From: Ruminococcus albus 7 = DSM 20455
GTDB lineage: Bacteria; Bacillota; Clostridia; Oscillospirales; Ruminococcaceae
Reading direction: 5' to 3'
Length of the DNA: 32,000 bases
Assembly: GCF_000179635.2 (NCBI RefSeq)
Contig: NC_014833.1
Location: 3,450,001 to 3,482,000, forward strand
Of this stretch, positions 25,068 through 32,000 are shown one piece after another (position 1 is the first letter of the stretch; each line of letters opens with the position of its first letter). The notes beneath the pieces are model-generated. The model searched no databases and had not been told where the DNA came from. It was given only the letters and a program-made list of their open reading frames with translations. The position numbers and the translations under genes are program-made.

Positions 25068-25178
25068 CATAAAAAATAAGAAACACCGCCCAATCGACCA
25101 AAATTGACGGTGTTTCAATGCACTAAACAATAAGGGAGAACCGCTGAAGCCGACGGCTTTGTGCAGTACCCTTTCTTT
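25068..25178 (-). ncRNA. candidate ~110-nt antisense sRNA convergent with the peptide ORF
   Basis: Bounded by the consensus minus-strand promoter (25185..25213) and a minus-strand intrinsic terminator. The terminator stem is GAAACACCG/CGGTGTTTC (25080..25116), followed on the minus strand by UUAUUUUUU. There is no SD or start codon in it. Confidence 0.45.
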
Positions 25179-25184
25179 ATAGAC

Positions 25185-25213
25185 ATTATAACATGAAATA
25201 AACAGATTGTCAA
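25185..25213 (-). promoter_or_regulatory. sigma-A type promoter firing leftward (antisense) just upstream of rsfS
   Basis: On the minus strand: TTGACA (complement 25208..25213), 17 nt spacer, TGtTATAAT with hexamer at complement 25185..25190. Confidence 0.65.
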
Positions 25214-25233
25214 TAGATGACAGGAGGAATAAC

Positions 25234-25602
25234 ATGGCAGAGTTAACTACCGAGCAGAAGCTCGAAATAATAGTAAAAGCACTGGATTCAAAGCGCGGCG
25301 AGGACATACAGGCTATAGGTATAGGCGATCTTACTATACTTGCTGACTACTTCATAATAGCAAACGGCGGTTCTACCGTGCAGACAAAAGCTATGGCTGA
25401 AGAAGTTGAATTCAAGCTGTCTCAGGAGGGCATCGAGCCTCATCATACCGAGGGCTACGGTCCCAACAACTGGATAGTGCTTGACTACCGCGATATCGTG
25501 GTACACGTATTCAACAAGGAAACAAGAGATCAGTACAAGCTGGAAAGGCTCTGGACTGACGGCAAGGAAGTTGATATCTCAGGATTTATAACCAAGAACT
25601 GA
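25234..25602 (+). CDS. rsfS: ribosome silencing factor RsfS (YqeL/iojap family)
   Basis: Start moved to the ATG at 25234 (AGGAGG 25222..25227). ALDSKRGEDIQAIGIGDLTILADYFIIANGGSTVQTKAMAEEV...VVHVFNKETRDQYKLERLW. Confidence 0.9.
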   Translation: MAELTTEQKLEIIVKALDSKRGEDIQAIGIGDLTILADYFIIANGGSTVQTKAMAEEVEFKLSQEGIEPHHTEGYGPNNWIVLDYRDIVVHVFNKETRDQYKLERLWTDGKEVDISGFITKN

Positions 25603-25611
25603 GCGCGGCTA

Positions 25612-25640
25612 TTGCAAAGTTAGAAAAGATATGTTATAAT
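25612..25640 (+). promoter_or_regulatory. sigma-A type promoter for leuS
   Basis: TTGCAA 25612..25617, 17 nt spacer, TGtTATAAT with hexamer 25635..25640. Confidence 0.6.
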
Positions 25641-25701
25641 AAGCTCTGAGATCTTTTGTTTCATGGGAAACACATAATATTACAAGGATGATGAATTAAA
25701 A

Positions 25702-28137
25702 ATGAAGAATTACGATTTCAGTGCCATTGAGAAAAAATGGCAGAAGTACTGGGAAGAGCATGAAACTTTCAAGACTGATGTATGGGATTTCAGCAAGCCA
25801 AAGTTCTATGCGCTGGATATGTTCCCTTATCCTTCCGGTGTGGGTCTGCACGCAGGTCACCCCGAGGGCTATACCGCTACTGATATAGTATCCCGTATGA
25901 AGCGTATGCAGGGCTTCAACGTACTGCACCCCATGGGATATGACTCTTTCGGTCTGCCCGCTGAGCAGTATGCAGTAAATACAGGCAACCACCCCAACGG
26001 CTTCACTCAGGAGAATATCAAGACTTTCTCCAAGCAGCTGAAAGAACTTGGCTTTGACTATGACTGGTCAAAGATGCTGGCTACATCTGACCCCTCTTTC
26101 TACAAGTGGACACAGTGGATATTCAAGCAGCTGTATCTGGACGGCTATGCTAAGTATATAGATATGCCTGTAAACTGGTGCGAGGAGCTGGGTACAGTTC
26201 TTTCCAACGATGAAGTCATCGACGGCAAGTCCGAGCGCGGCGGCTTCCCTGTTGTAAGAAAGAACATGAAGCAGTGGGTCATCGACCAGCCTGCTTTCGC
26301 TGAAAAGCTGCTGGAGGGTCTGGACGAGATCGACTGGCCCGAATCCACAAAGAGTATGCAGCGCAACTGGATAGGCAAGTCCACAGGTGTTGAGGTAGAG
26401 TTCGATATCGTGGGCGGAGGTAAGTTCTCCATATTCACCACTTGTATCGAGACCATCTACGGTATCACATTCATGGTACTGGCTCCCGACGGCGAGATAA
26501 CCGAAAGACTTCTTGACAGAGTTCAGAACCGCGAAGAAGTTCAGGCATATATCGACGAGACCAAGAAGAAAAACGATATGGACCGTACCGAGCTCAACAA
26601 GACAAAGTCAGGCTGCGAGCTGAAGGGCGTTACTTGTATAAACCCTGTAAACGGCAAGGAAGTTCGTATGTTCATCGGCGATTTCGTACTTGCAAGCTAC
26701 GGCACAGGTGCAGTTATGGCAGTACCGAGCCACGATCAGCGTGACTTTGAATATGCAATAGCTCACAATATAGATATGATACAGGTCATCGACGGTGACG
26801 AGAAGCTGGGTCATGTTGATGTATCCAAGCAGGCATTTGAGAAACAGGGCTATCTCGGCAAGGGTTACAAGCTGATAAATTCCGAGGAATTCACAGGTCT
26901 GACCGTTGAAGAAGCCAAGGAAGCTATAACTGTTAAGCTGGAGAAAATGGGCAGAGCAAAGCGCACTGTAAACTACCACTTCCGTGAGTGGATATTTGCC
27001 CGTCAGAGATACTGGGGCGAGCCCGTACCTGTGGTACACACAGAGAACGGCATACACGTACTGGATGACGAAGAACTGCCTCTGGTACTGCCCGAGCTGG
27101 ACGACTACAAGGGCAAGAACGGCAAAGCTCCTCTTGAAAATGCAACCGAGTGGAAGCAGTACGACCACAACGGCGTAAAGGGCGTAAGAGAAACTTCTAC
27201 CATGCCCGGAAGCGCAGGTTCCAGCTGGTACTTCCTGAGATATATCGACCCCAACAACGACAAGCAGTTCGCAGACCCCGAGCTTCTGAAGCACTGGATG
27301 CCTGTTGACCTGTACATAGGCGGTCCCGAGCATACAGTCGGACATCTGATATACTCACGTATCTGGAACAGATACCTCTATGACAAGGGTCTTGCACCTA
27401 CCAAGGAGCCTTTCAAGAAGCTGGTACATCAGGGCATGATACTGGGCGAGAACGGCATAAAGATGGGCAAGAGATTCCCCAAGTACGTTGTAAATCCTTC
27501 GGATATAATCAGGGACTACGGCGCAGATACACTGAGACTCTACGAGATGTTCATGGGACCTCTGGAGGTATCCAAACCCTGGAGCCCCAGCGGTGTTGAG
27601 GGCGCAAAGAAGTTCCTTAACCGTGTATGGGTATTCTTTACCGATGAGAATAATCTGACAGCTGACAACGACGGCGCACTGACAAAGGTATATCACCAGA
27701 CCGTAAAGAAAGTCACCGATGACTTTGAGACACTGGCATTCAACACAGCTATCGCACAGATGATGATATTCGTCAATGCTGTATACAAGAACGGCAGCTG
27801 CCCCAAGGAGTATGCTGAAGGTCTTATCAAGATGCTCTCCTGCATAGCACCTCATATCGGTGAGGAGATATGGAGCATACTGGGTCATGATGATACCATA
27901 GCTTATGAGAAGTGGCCTGTATATGACGAGGCTCAGCTGGTAGAGGATACCGTTGAGATAGTTGTACAGGTAAACGGCAAGATCAAGACAAAGCTGAACA
28001 TCGCTAAGGACGAGGACAAGGAAAGCGTTCTCGCGAAGGCTAAGGCAGACGAAAACGTAGCTAAGGTCATAGATGGCAAGAACGTTGTCAAGGAGATAGT
28101 CGTACCCAATAAGCTGGTAAATATCGTAGTTAAATAA
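25702..28137 (+). CDS. leuS: leucine--tRNA ligase
   Basis: Class I motifs: MFPYPSGVGLHAGHPEGY (HIGH-type) and KMGKRFPKY (KMSK-type), plus a CP1 editing domain. 811 aa. Confidence 0.97.
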   Translation: MKNYDFSAIEKKWQKYWEEHETFKTDVWDFSKPKFYALDMFPYPSGVGLHAGHPEGYTATDIVSRMKRMQGFNVLHPMGYDSFGLPAEQYAVNTGNHPNGFTQENIKTFSKQLKELGFDYDWSKMLATSDPSFYKWTQWIFKQLYLDGYAKYIDMPVNWCEELGTVLSNDEVIDGKSERGGFPVVRKNMKQWVIDQPAFAEKLLEGLDEIDWPESTKSMQRNWIGKSTGVEVEFDIVGGGKFSIFTTCIETIYGITFMVLAPDGEITERLLDRVQNREEVQAYIDETKKKNDMDRTELNKTKSGCELKGVTCINPVNGKEVRMFIGDFVLASYGTGAVMAVPSHDQRDFEYAIAHNIDMIQVIDGDEKLGHVDVSKQAFEKQGYLGKGYKLINSEEFTGLTVEEAKEAITVKLEKMGRAKRTVNYHFREWIFARQRYWGEPVPVVHTENGIHVLDDEELPLVLPELDDYKGKNGKAPLENATEWKQYDHNGVKGVRETSTMPGSAGSSWYFLRYIDPNNDKQFADPELLKHWMPVDLYIGGPEHTVGHLIYSRIWNRYLYDKGLAPTKEPFKKLVHQGMILGENGIKMGKRFPKYVVNPSDIIRDYGADTLRLYEMFMGPLEVSKPWSPSGVEGAKKFLNRVWVFFTDENNLTADNDGALTKVYHQTVKKVTDDFETLAFNTAIAQMMIFVNAVYKNGSCPKEYAEGLIKMLSCIAPHIGEEIWSILGHDDTIAYEKWPVYDEAQLVEDTVEIVVQVNGKIKTKLNIAKDEDKESVLAKAKADENVAKVIDGKNVVKEIVVPNKLVNIVVK

Positions 28138-28145
28138 GTACGTTT

Positions 28146-28183
28146 CAGGCAGATGCTTAATTTTTAGGCATCTGCCTGTTTTT
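28146..28183 (+). terminator. intrinsic terminator after leuS
   Basis: CAGGCAGATGC-ttaatttttag-GCATCTGCCTG followed by TTTTT. Confidence 0.85.
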
Positions 28184-28307
28184 GCTGATGATCTGTCATG
28201 ACAGGCTGAAAGGACATCGTGAAAACGTTTACATAGCATTAACCGTTTGTTCATACGGCAAGAGTATAATGATTATTATATATAATTTATTAACAGGAGG
28301 TAGTAAA

Positions 28308-29670
28308 ATGAAATCAAATATAGCAAAATTAGCAGCGCTTCTGCTGGCAGCATCCATGTGTGCATCACTTGCAGGCTGCGGTGACAGCAAGACCAAGGAT
28401 AATTCCAATAAAGATCAGGTCGATGCAGCATTGAGCGAGCACGATAATGAGGAAAAGGAAGAGCTTAACGAGATCAAGGATGAGATAAATGCAGAGATCA
28501 GCGATGCTGAGAACACTTCATCCGAAGCTGAAGCACCTGCTGAGGATCTCGGCCTGAAAGATCCCAAGTACTATACCTACTATGAAGATCTTGCAAAGGC
28601 ATACGCCGAGTCGGATATAAATAACTATGCAGGGGGATTACTTCTATACAGCAAGTGTTTCATCGCCTGTTTATGCAAACGATAAGGTATATATCGACTC
28701 CACAAAAAATGGCACTAAGCTTTTCTGCTATGATATCGCAAGCGGATCTCTTGAAACATTATTGGATTTTGAGAAAGCTGAGGGCAAATACGATTATGAC
28801 AGCTGGTTCGTAAAGGGCGATGATCTGTATCTGATGTACAGCGAGACCGTGTACGGCGATGAACACATCGAAAAGGTCGGCAAGGACGGCAAGGTCACTG
28901 ACTATGATATAACCGAAGGTTTAGATGTAGGTAAGATCGAATATGTATTTGATAACGGCAAAATACTTGTAGATATAAACAGCGAGAGAAACTTTGAGGT
29001 ATACGATCCTGCTGACGGCACTATCACTCAGCTTGATCCTATCGCTATTCCCTCCGATCATGCAGGAGTTACAGAGGACGCAGAAAAGCCCATATTCATG
29101 TTTGCAAAGGGAAACAGCTTCTACTTCGGCAACACAAGATCGTCAATGCTCGGCGGACCTTATCTGGACAAAGAGACCATATATGAATACAACACCGATA
29201 CCAATGAAGTCACCGTATTCTATAACGATGAGATACTCAGCAAAGAGGATCCCAAGATCAAGATGTTCGGTGACTATCTGATGATCGACTACAAGGAAAG
29301 TCTTGACAGAAAACTCACCGTTGTAAAGATCAGCGACGGCACAAAGATAGTTGATGATGTGTATAGCTTCTCGCCATATCTCGGCGGGGACGGCAGCTAT
29401 TTCCGGGATCTAAGGGATAAAAAATGGTACAGGCTGAGATACCCCGACAGCACCTGTACACAGACCTATGAAAAGTCGGATACGCTTAAAGAAGCAGGCG
29501 AAGAACTATCAGATGAGCCCGCAGAGGTAGGCTCATCGATCATCGTTCAGCTCAACGATAAGTACTATGTGATGTATGACGATGCAGGATATTTCCTGCG
29601 TACATACGAAAAGGGCAGCGCCGAAGAGCAGCTCATAATGACCAAAAAGCAGGCTGACGGCAAAGAATAA
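28308..29670 (+). pseudogene. secreted lipoprotein gene interrupted by a +1 frameshift at a G5 run (or a sequencing error)
   Basis: ATG at 28308 (AGGAGG 28295..28300). Signal peptide plus lipobox: MKSNIAKLAALLLAASMCASLAGC. The frame-0 ORF stops at 28685. The frame+1 ORF (28627..29670) has no RBS of its own. Removing one G from GGGGG (28632..28636) gives a continuous reading ...DINNYAGDYFYTASVSS... (about 453 aa). The C-terminal part has repetitive Y/D/G-rich beta-strand-like segments. Confidence 0.6.
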
Positions 29671-29694
29671 AAACAATGTCACAATGATGTATAC

Positions 29695-29737
29695 CAATAC
29701 CCGCAGGAAAATATGTTCTGCGGGTATTGTATTTTAT
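29695..29737 (+). terminator. intrinsic terminator after the lipoprotein gene
   Basis: CAATACCCGCAG-gaaaatatgtt-CTGCGGGTATTG followed by TATTTTATT. Confidence 0.85.
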
Positions 29738-29803
29738 TGTCAAAATAACCAAATTATGAACGAAAATATTTTCAGATAATTTTTAAATTTTTCTTCAATG
29801 CTA

Positions 29804-29832
29804 TTGACTTTTCAGGCAAAATATAGTATAAT
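29804..29832 (+). promoter_or_regulatory. sigma-A type promoter for rpsU
   Basis: TTGACT 29804..29809, 17 nt spacer, TATAAT 29827..29832. Confidence 0.65.
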
Positions 29833-29994
29833 GTGTCTTGTAATTATTTCGGCTGCAAGGTTCTCGCATATCTTAGACAGAGAAAGCGTAAAGCGTTTAA
29901 GTTTGCACTAGCAGACCTTCACTATCACCCTTGCGGTGTGCGGGAGCGGTCGGAGGATTACCTCTGTCATAGGTGGCAAAGGGAGGGAAACATT

Positions 29995-30168
29995 TTGGCA
30001 GAAATTCGTGTTGGCAAGAACGAAACTCTGGATACCGCTCTTAAGCGCTTTAAGAGATCATGCGCAAGAGATGGCGTTATCGCTGAGGTCCGTAAGAGAG
30101 AACACTACGAAAAGCCTTCGGTAAAGCGTAAGAAGAAGTCCGAAGCTGCTCGTAAGCGCAAGTATTGA
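29995..30168 (+). CDS. rpsU: 30S ribosomal protein S21
   Basis: TTG start at 29995, 7 nt after GGGAGGG (29981..29987). (M)[56 protein letters not shown] is typical S21 (57 aa). The 111-aa track ORF is an artefactual upstream extension. Confidence 0.92.
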   Translation: MAEIRVGKNETLDTALKRFKRSCARDGVIAEVRKREHYEKPSVKRKKKSEAARKRKY

Positions 30169-30179
30169 TATGACATCGG

Positions 30180-30208
30180 GAAGCGGATACATTTGTGTCC
30201 GCTTTTTT
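30180..30208 (+). terminator. intrinsic terminator after rpsU
   Basis: GAAGCGGATAC-attt-GTGTCCGCTT followed by TTTT. Confidence 0.85.
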
Positions 30209-30230
30209 GCTGTTCAAAAATAAACGGGAC

Positions 30231-30259
30231 TTGAAATACAGGGATGTATATGATATAAT
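30231..30259 (+). promoter_or_regulatory. sigma-A type promoter for the amidohydrolase/rsmI pair
   Basis: TTGAAA 30231..30236, 17 nt spacer, TGaTATAAT with hexamer 30254..30259. Confidence 0.6.
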
Positions 30260-30290
30260 AGTTTATACCATTGATTGCGGAGGAAATGAA

Positions 30291-31451
30291 ATGCGCATAA
30301 AAAATGTCAGGATATATACGATGAATGACAATGACCACGTGATAGAGAACGGTTTTGTTACTGTTGAAAACGGCATCATCACAGCGGTCGGGGAAGGCTG
30401 CCCCACACAGGGTGACGAAAATGATATCGACGGCATGGGCATGACCCTTTACCCCGGGTTCATAGATGCACATACCCACATGGGTCTGACCTCGGCAGGC
30501 GTGGGCATCGAGGGTGAAGACCTCAATGAGGAATTCGACCCCTGCACACCTCAGCTGCGCATCATCGACGGCATAAACCCTATAGACTACAGCTTTGAGA
30601 TGGCAAGGCAGACAGGCATAACAACTGTGATAGTATCCCCGGGTTCTACAAATCCCATAGCAGGCAGCATAGCCGCTGTAAAAACAGCAGGCAAGCGCAT
30701 AGACAAAATGGTAATAAGAACTGTGGGCATGAAATTTGCACTGGGCGAAAATCCAAAGCTTACTTATATGGATCACGAGCAGTCACCTGCTACCAGAATG
30801 GCTGTGGCAAGCATAATAAGAGATAATCTGCACAAAGCTCAGAGATATATGAGGGACATAGAACAGGCTGAAACAGAAAGCGACCTGCCCGACTATGACA
30901 GTTCAATGGAAGCACTGCTCCCCCTTCTCAGGCGTGAGATAAAGGCACATTTCCATTGTCACCGCGCTGATGATATATTCACCGCAGTGAGGATAGCAAA
31001 TGAGTTCGACCTGGACTATACACTTATACACTGCACCTCGGGTCATCTCATCGCTGACGAGCTGGCAGACGAACACGCAAGCTGTGTTGTAGGGCCTGTT
31101 ATATGCGACAGATGCAAGCCCGAAATGGCAGAACTTTCTCCCGCCAATGCCGCTGTGCTCAAAGCTAACGGTCTGGATGTTGCCGTATGCACCGACCATT
31201 CAGAGGTACCGATAGAGTATCTGCCAATATCCGTGGGGATATGCATAAAACACGGACTGAGCTTCTATGACGGAGTAAAAGCTGTCACCTGCACCCCTGC
31301 AAAGATAGCAAATATCTTTGACAGAACAGGTTCCATAGAAGAAGGCAAGGATGCCGACCTTGTGCTTTTCGGTGATGACCCCTTTGAGGTCATGAGCTCA
31401 CCTGCACTTGTAATGATAGGCGGAAAGATAGTCAGGAGGGATAAGGTCTGA
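30291..31451 (+). CDS. metal-dependent amidohydrolase family protein (imidazolonepropionase-like superfamily)
   Basis: Start moved to the ATG at 30291 (GGAGGA 30279..30284). N-terminal beta-sandwich, then PGFIDAHTHMG (HxH metal motif), and later ...HCTSGH..., ...CTDH... The substrate is not callable. Confidence 0.75.
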   Translation: MRIKNVRIYTMNDNDHVIENGFVTVENGIITAVGEGCPTQGDENDIDGMGMTLYPGFIDAHTHMGLTSAGVGIEGEDLNEEFDPCTPQLRIIDGINPIDYSFEMARQTGITTVIVSPGSTNPIAGSIAAVKTAGKRIDKMVIRTVGMKFALGENPKLTYMDHEQSPATRMAVASIIRDNLHKAQRYMRDIEQAETESDLPDYDSSMEALLPLLRREIKAHFHCHRADDIFTAVRIANEFDLDYTLIHCTSGHLIADELADEHASCVVGPVICDRCKPEMAELSPANAAVLKANGLDVAVCTDHSEVPIEYLPISVGICIKHGLSFYDGVKAVTCTPAKIANIFDRTGSIEEGKDADLVLFGDDPFEVMSSPALVMIGGKIVRRDKV

Positions 31452-32000
31452 TGGGCAAGCTATACGTTGTGGGCACCCCCATAGGCAACCTTGGGGATAT
31501 GACATACCGCGCCATCGAAACACTTAAGAATGTTGATTTTATATGCGCTGAGGATACCCGTGTAACACTTAAACTGTTAAATCACTTTGAGATAAAAAAA
31601 CAGCTGATATGCTATCAGGAGCATAATGCCGCAAAGGCAGGCGAGCAGATACTCGCAAGGCTGACAGGCAGCGAGGATGCGGCTATCGTCACCGATGCGG
31701 GTATGCCGTGTATATCTGACCCGGGCGAGAAACTGGTCAAGCTTTGCGCTGAAAACGGCATAAAAGTCGAGGTAGTACCGGGACCGTCGGCAGTAATATC
31801 AGCACTGGCAATAAGCGGACTGAATACATCAAGGTTCAGGTTCGAGGGATTTCTCTCGGTTAACAAGCGGCAGAGGTATGACCACCTGGCACAGGTGCGT
31901 GATGCCGAAGAAACGCTGATATTCTATGAAGCACCCCATAAGCTGCACAAGACCCTGAGAGATATGCTGGACTATTTCGGTGACAGACGTATATCCCTGT
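31451..32000 (+). CDS. rsmI: 16S rRNA (cytidine1402-2'-O)-methyltransferase RsmI, N-terminal 183 codons (runs off the right edge)
   Basis: Not in the ORF track (no stop in the window). The ATG at 31451 overlaps the upstream TGA (TGATG). MGKLYVVGTPIGNLGDMTYRAIETLKNVDFICAEDTRVT...VTDAGMPCISDPG...VPGPSAVISAL is the tetrapyrrole-methylase-fold RsmI signature. Confidence 0.9.
   Translation, partial: MGKLYVVGTPIGNLGDMTYRAIETLKNVDFICAEDTRVTLKLLNHFEIKKQLICYQEHNAAKAGEQILARLTGSEDAAIVTDAGMPCISDPGEKLVKLCAENGIKVEVVPGPSAVISALAISGLNTSRFRFEGFLSVNKRQRYDHLAQVRDAEETLIFYEAPHKLHKTLRDMLDYFGDRRISL

Noticed and set aside
25065-25307. 80-aa minus-strand ORF overlapping the rsfS start
   Set aside because: Its ATG lies upstream of the minus-strand promoter, inside rsfS. 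It has no SD. The part downstream of the promoter is better explained as a non-coding antisense RNA.
25641-25701. Looked for a T-box leader upstream of leuS
   Set aside because: Only ~60 nt separate the promoter from the ATG. There is no specifier loop, no T-box sequence and no terminator, so no T-box is present.
26608-28254. 245-aa and 299-aa minus-strand ORFs inside and after leuS
   Set aside because: Antisense shadows of leuS. The second runs through the leuS terminator. No RBS or family resemblance.
28182-28307. 42-codon upstream extension of the lipoprotein ORF (track start 28182)
   Set aside because: It starts inside the leuS terminator. The AGGAGG RBS and a canonical signal peptide and lipobox start at the ATG at 28308.
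29833-29994. N-terminal 54-codon extension of rpsU in the track ORF (111 aa)
   Set aside because: S21 is a ~57-aa protein. The extension begins 1 nt after the -10 box, so it cannot be translated from this promoter. The GGGAGGG SD precedes the internal TTG.
30105-30776. 223-aa minus-strand ORF over the rpsU terminator and the amidohydrolase 5' end
   Set aside because: It crosses an intrinsic terminator and a promoter and is antisense to a gene with an HxH metal motif. Its sequence is Cys/His/Tyr-rich nonsense.

Overview
This 32 kb window looks like a core-chromosome segment of a low/mid-GC Firmicute. It is probably a Clostridia / Ruminococcus-like organism. That placement is an inference from Bacillus/Clostridium-type gene order, heavy ATA-Ile and AGA-Arg codon use, and TTGACA-17-TATAAT promoters. 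Almost everything is on the + strand and is housekeeping.

Gene order:
- metK (minus strand, truncated at the left edge, with a SAM-I/S-box riboswitch)
- a tRNA-Gly/Arg/His operon
- a fucose/arabinose-isomerase-family gene
- L20 leader, infC, rpmI, rplT
- a TrmH-family methyltransferase, dprA, topA, a GNAT gene, trmFO
- an accessory block: one polytopic membrane protein and three tandem paralogous lipoproteins
- plsX, rnc
- a 390-nt structured intergenic region
- an ELP3-like radical SAM gene and two small unknown genes
- smc, a NUDIX gene, ftsY, rdgB, yhbY, nadD, yqeK
- a roughly 395-bp insert
- rsfS, leuS
- a frameshifted lipoprotein gene
- rpsU (long leader, TTG start), an amidohydrolase and rsmI (truncated at the right edge)

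I found no CRISPR array, transposase, integrase or phage genes.

Most interesting items:
1. The yqeK-rsfS insert. It has a consensus promoter, a structurally masked SD, an unannotated 31-aa hydrophobic peptide ORF and a convergent consensus promoter with an intrinsic terminator on the minus strand. That is the architecture of a type I toxin/antisense-RNA module.
2. The 390-nt rnc to radical-SAM spacer. It starts with a heptamer tandem repeat and carries several perfect or GNRA-capped hairpins, and I cannot assign it to any RNA class I know.
3. The membrane-protein plus triple-lipoprotein cluster.
4. A lipoprotein gene broken at a G5 run.

All functional calls come from reading the translations and motifs by eye. 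No database search was run.
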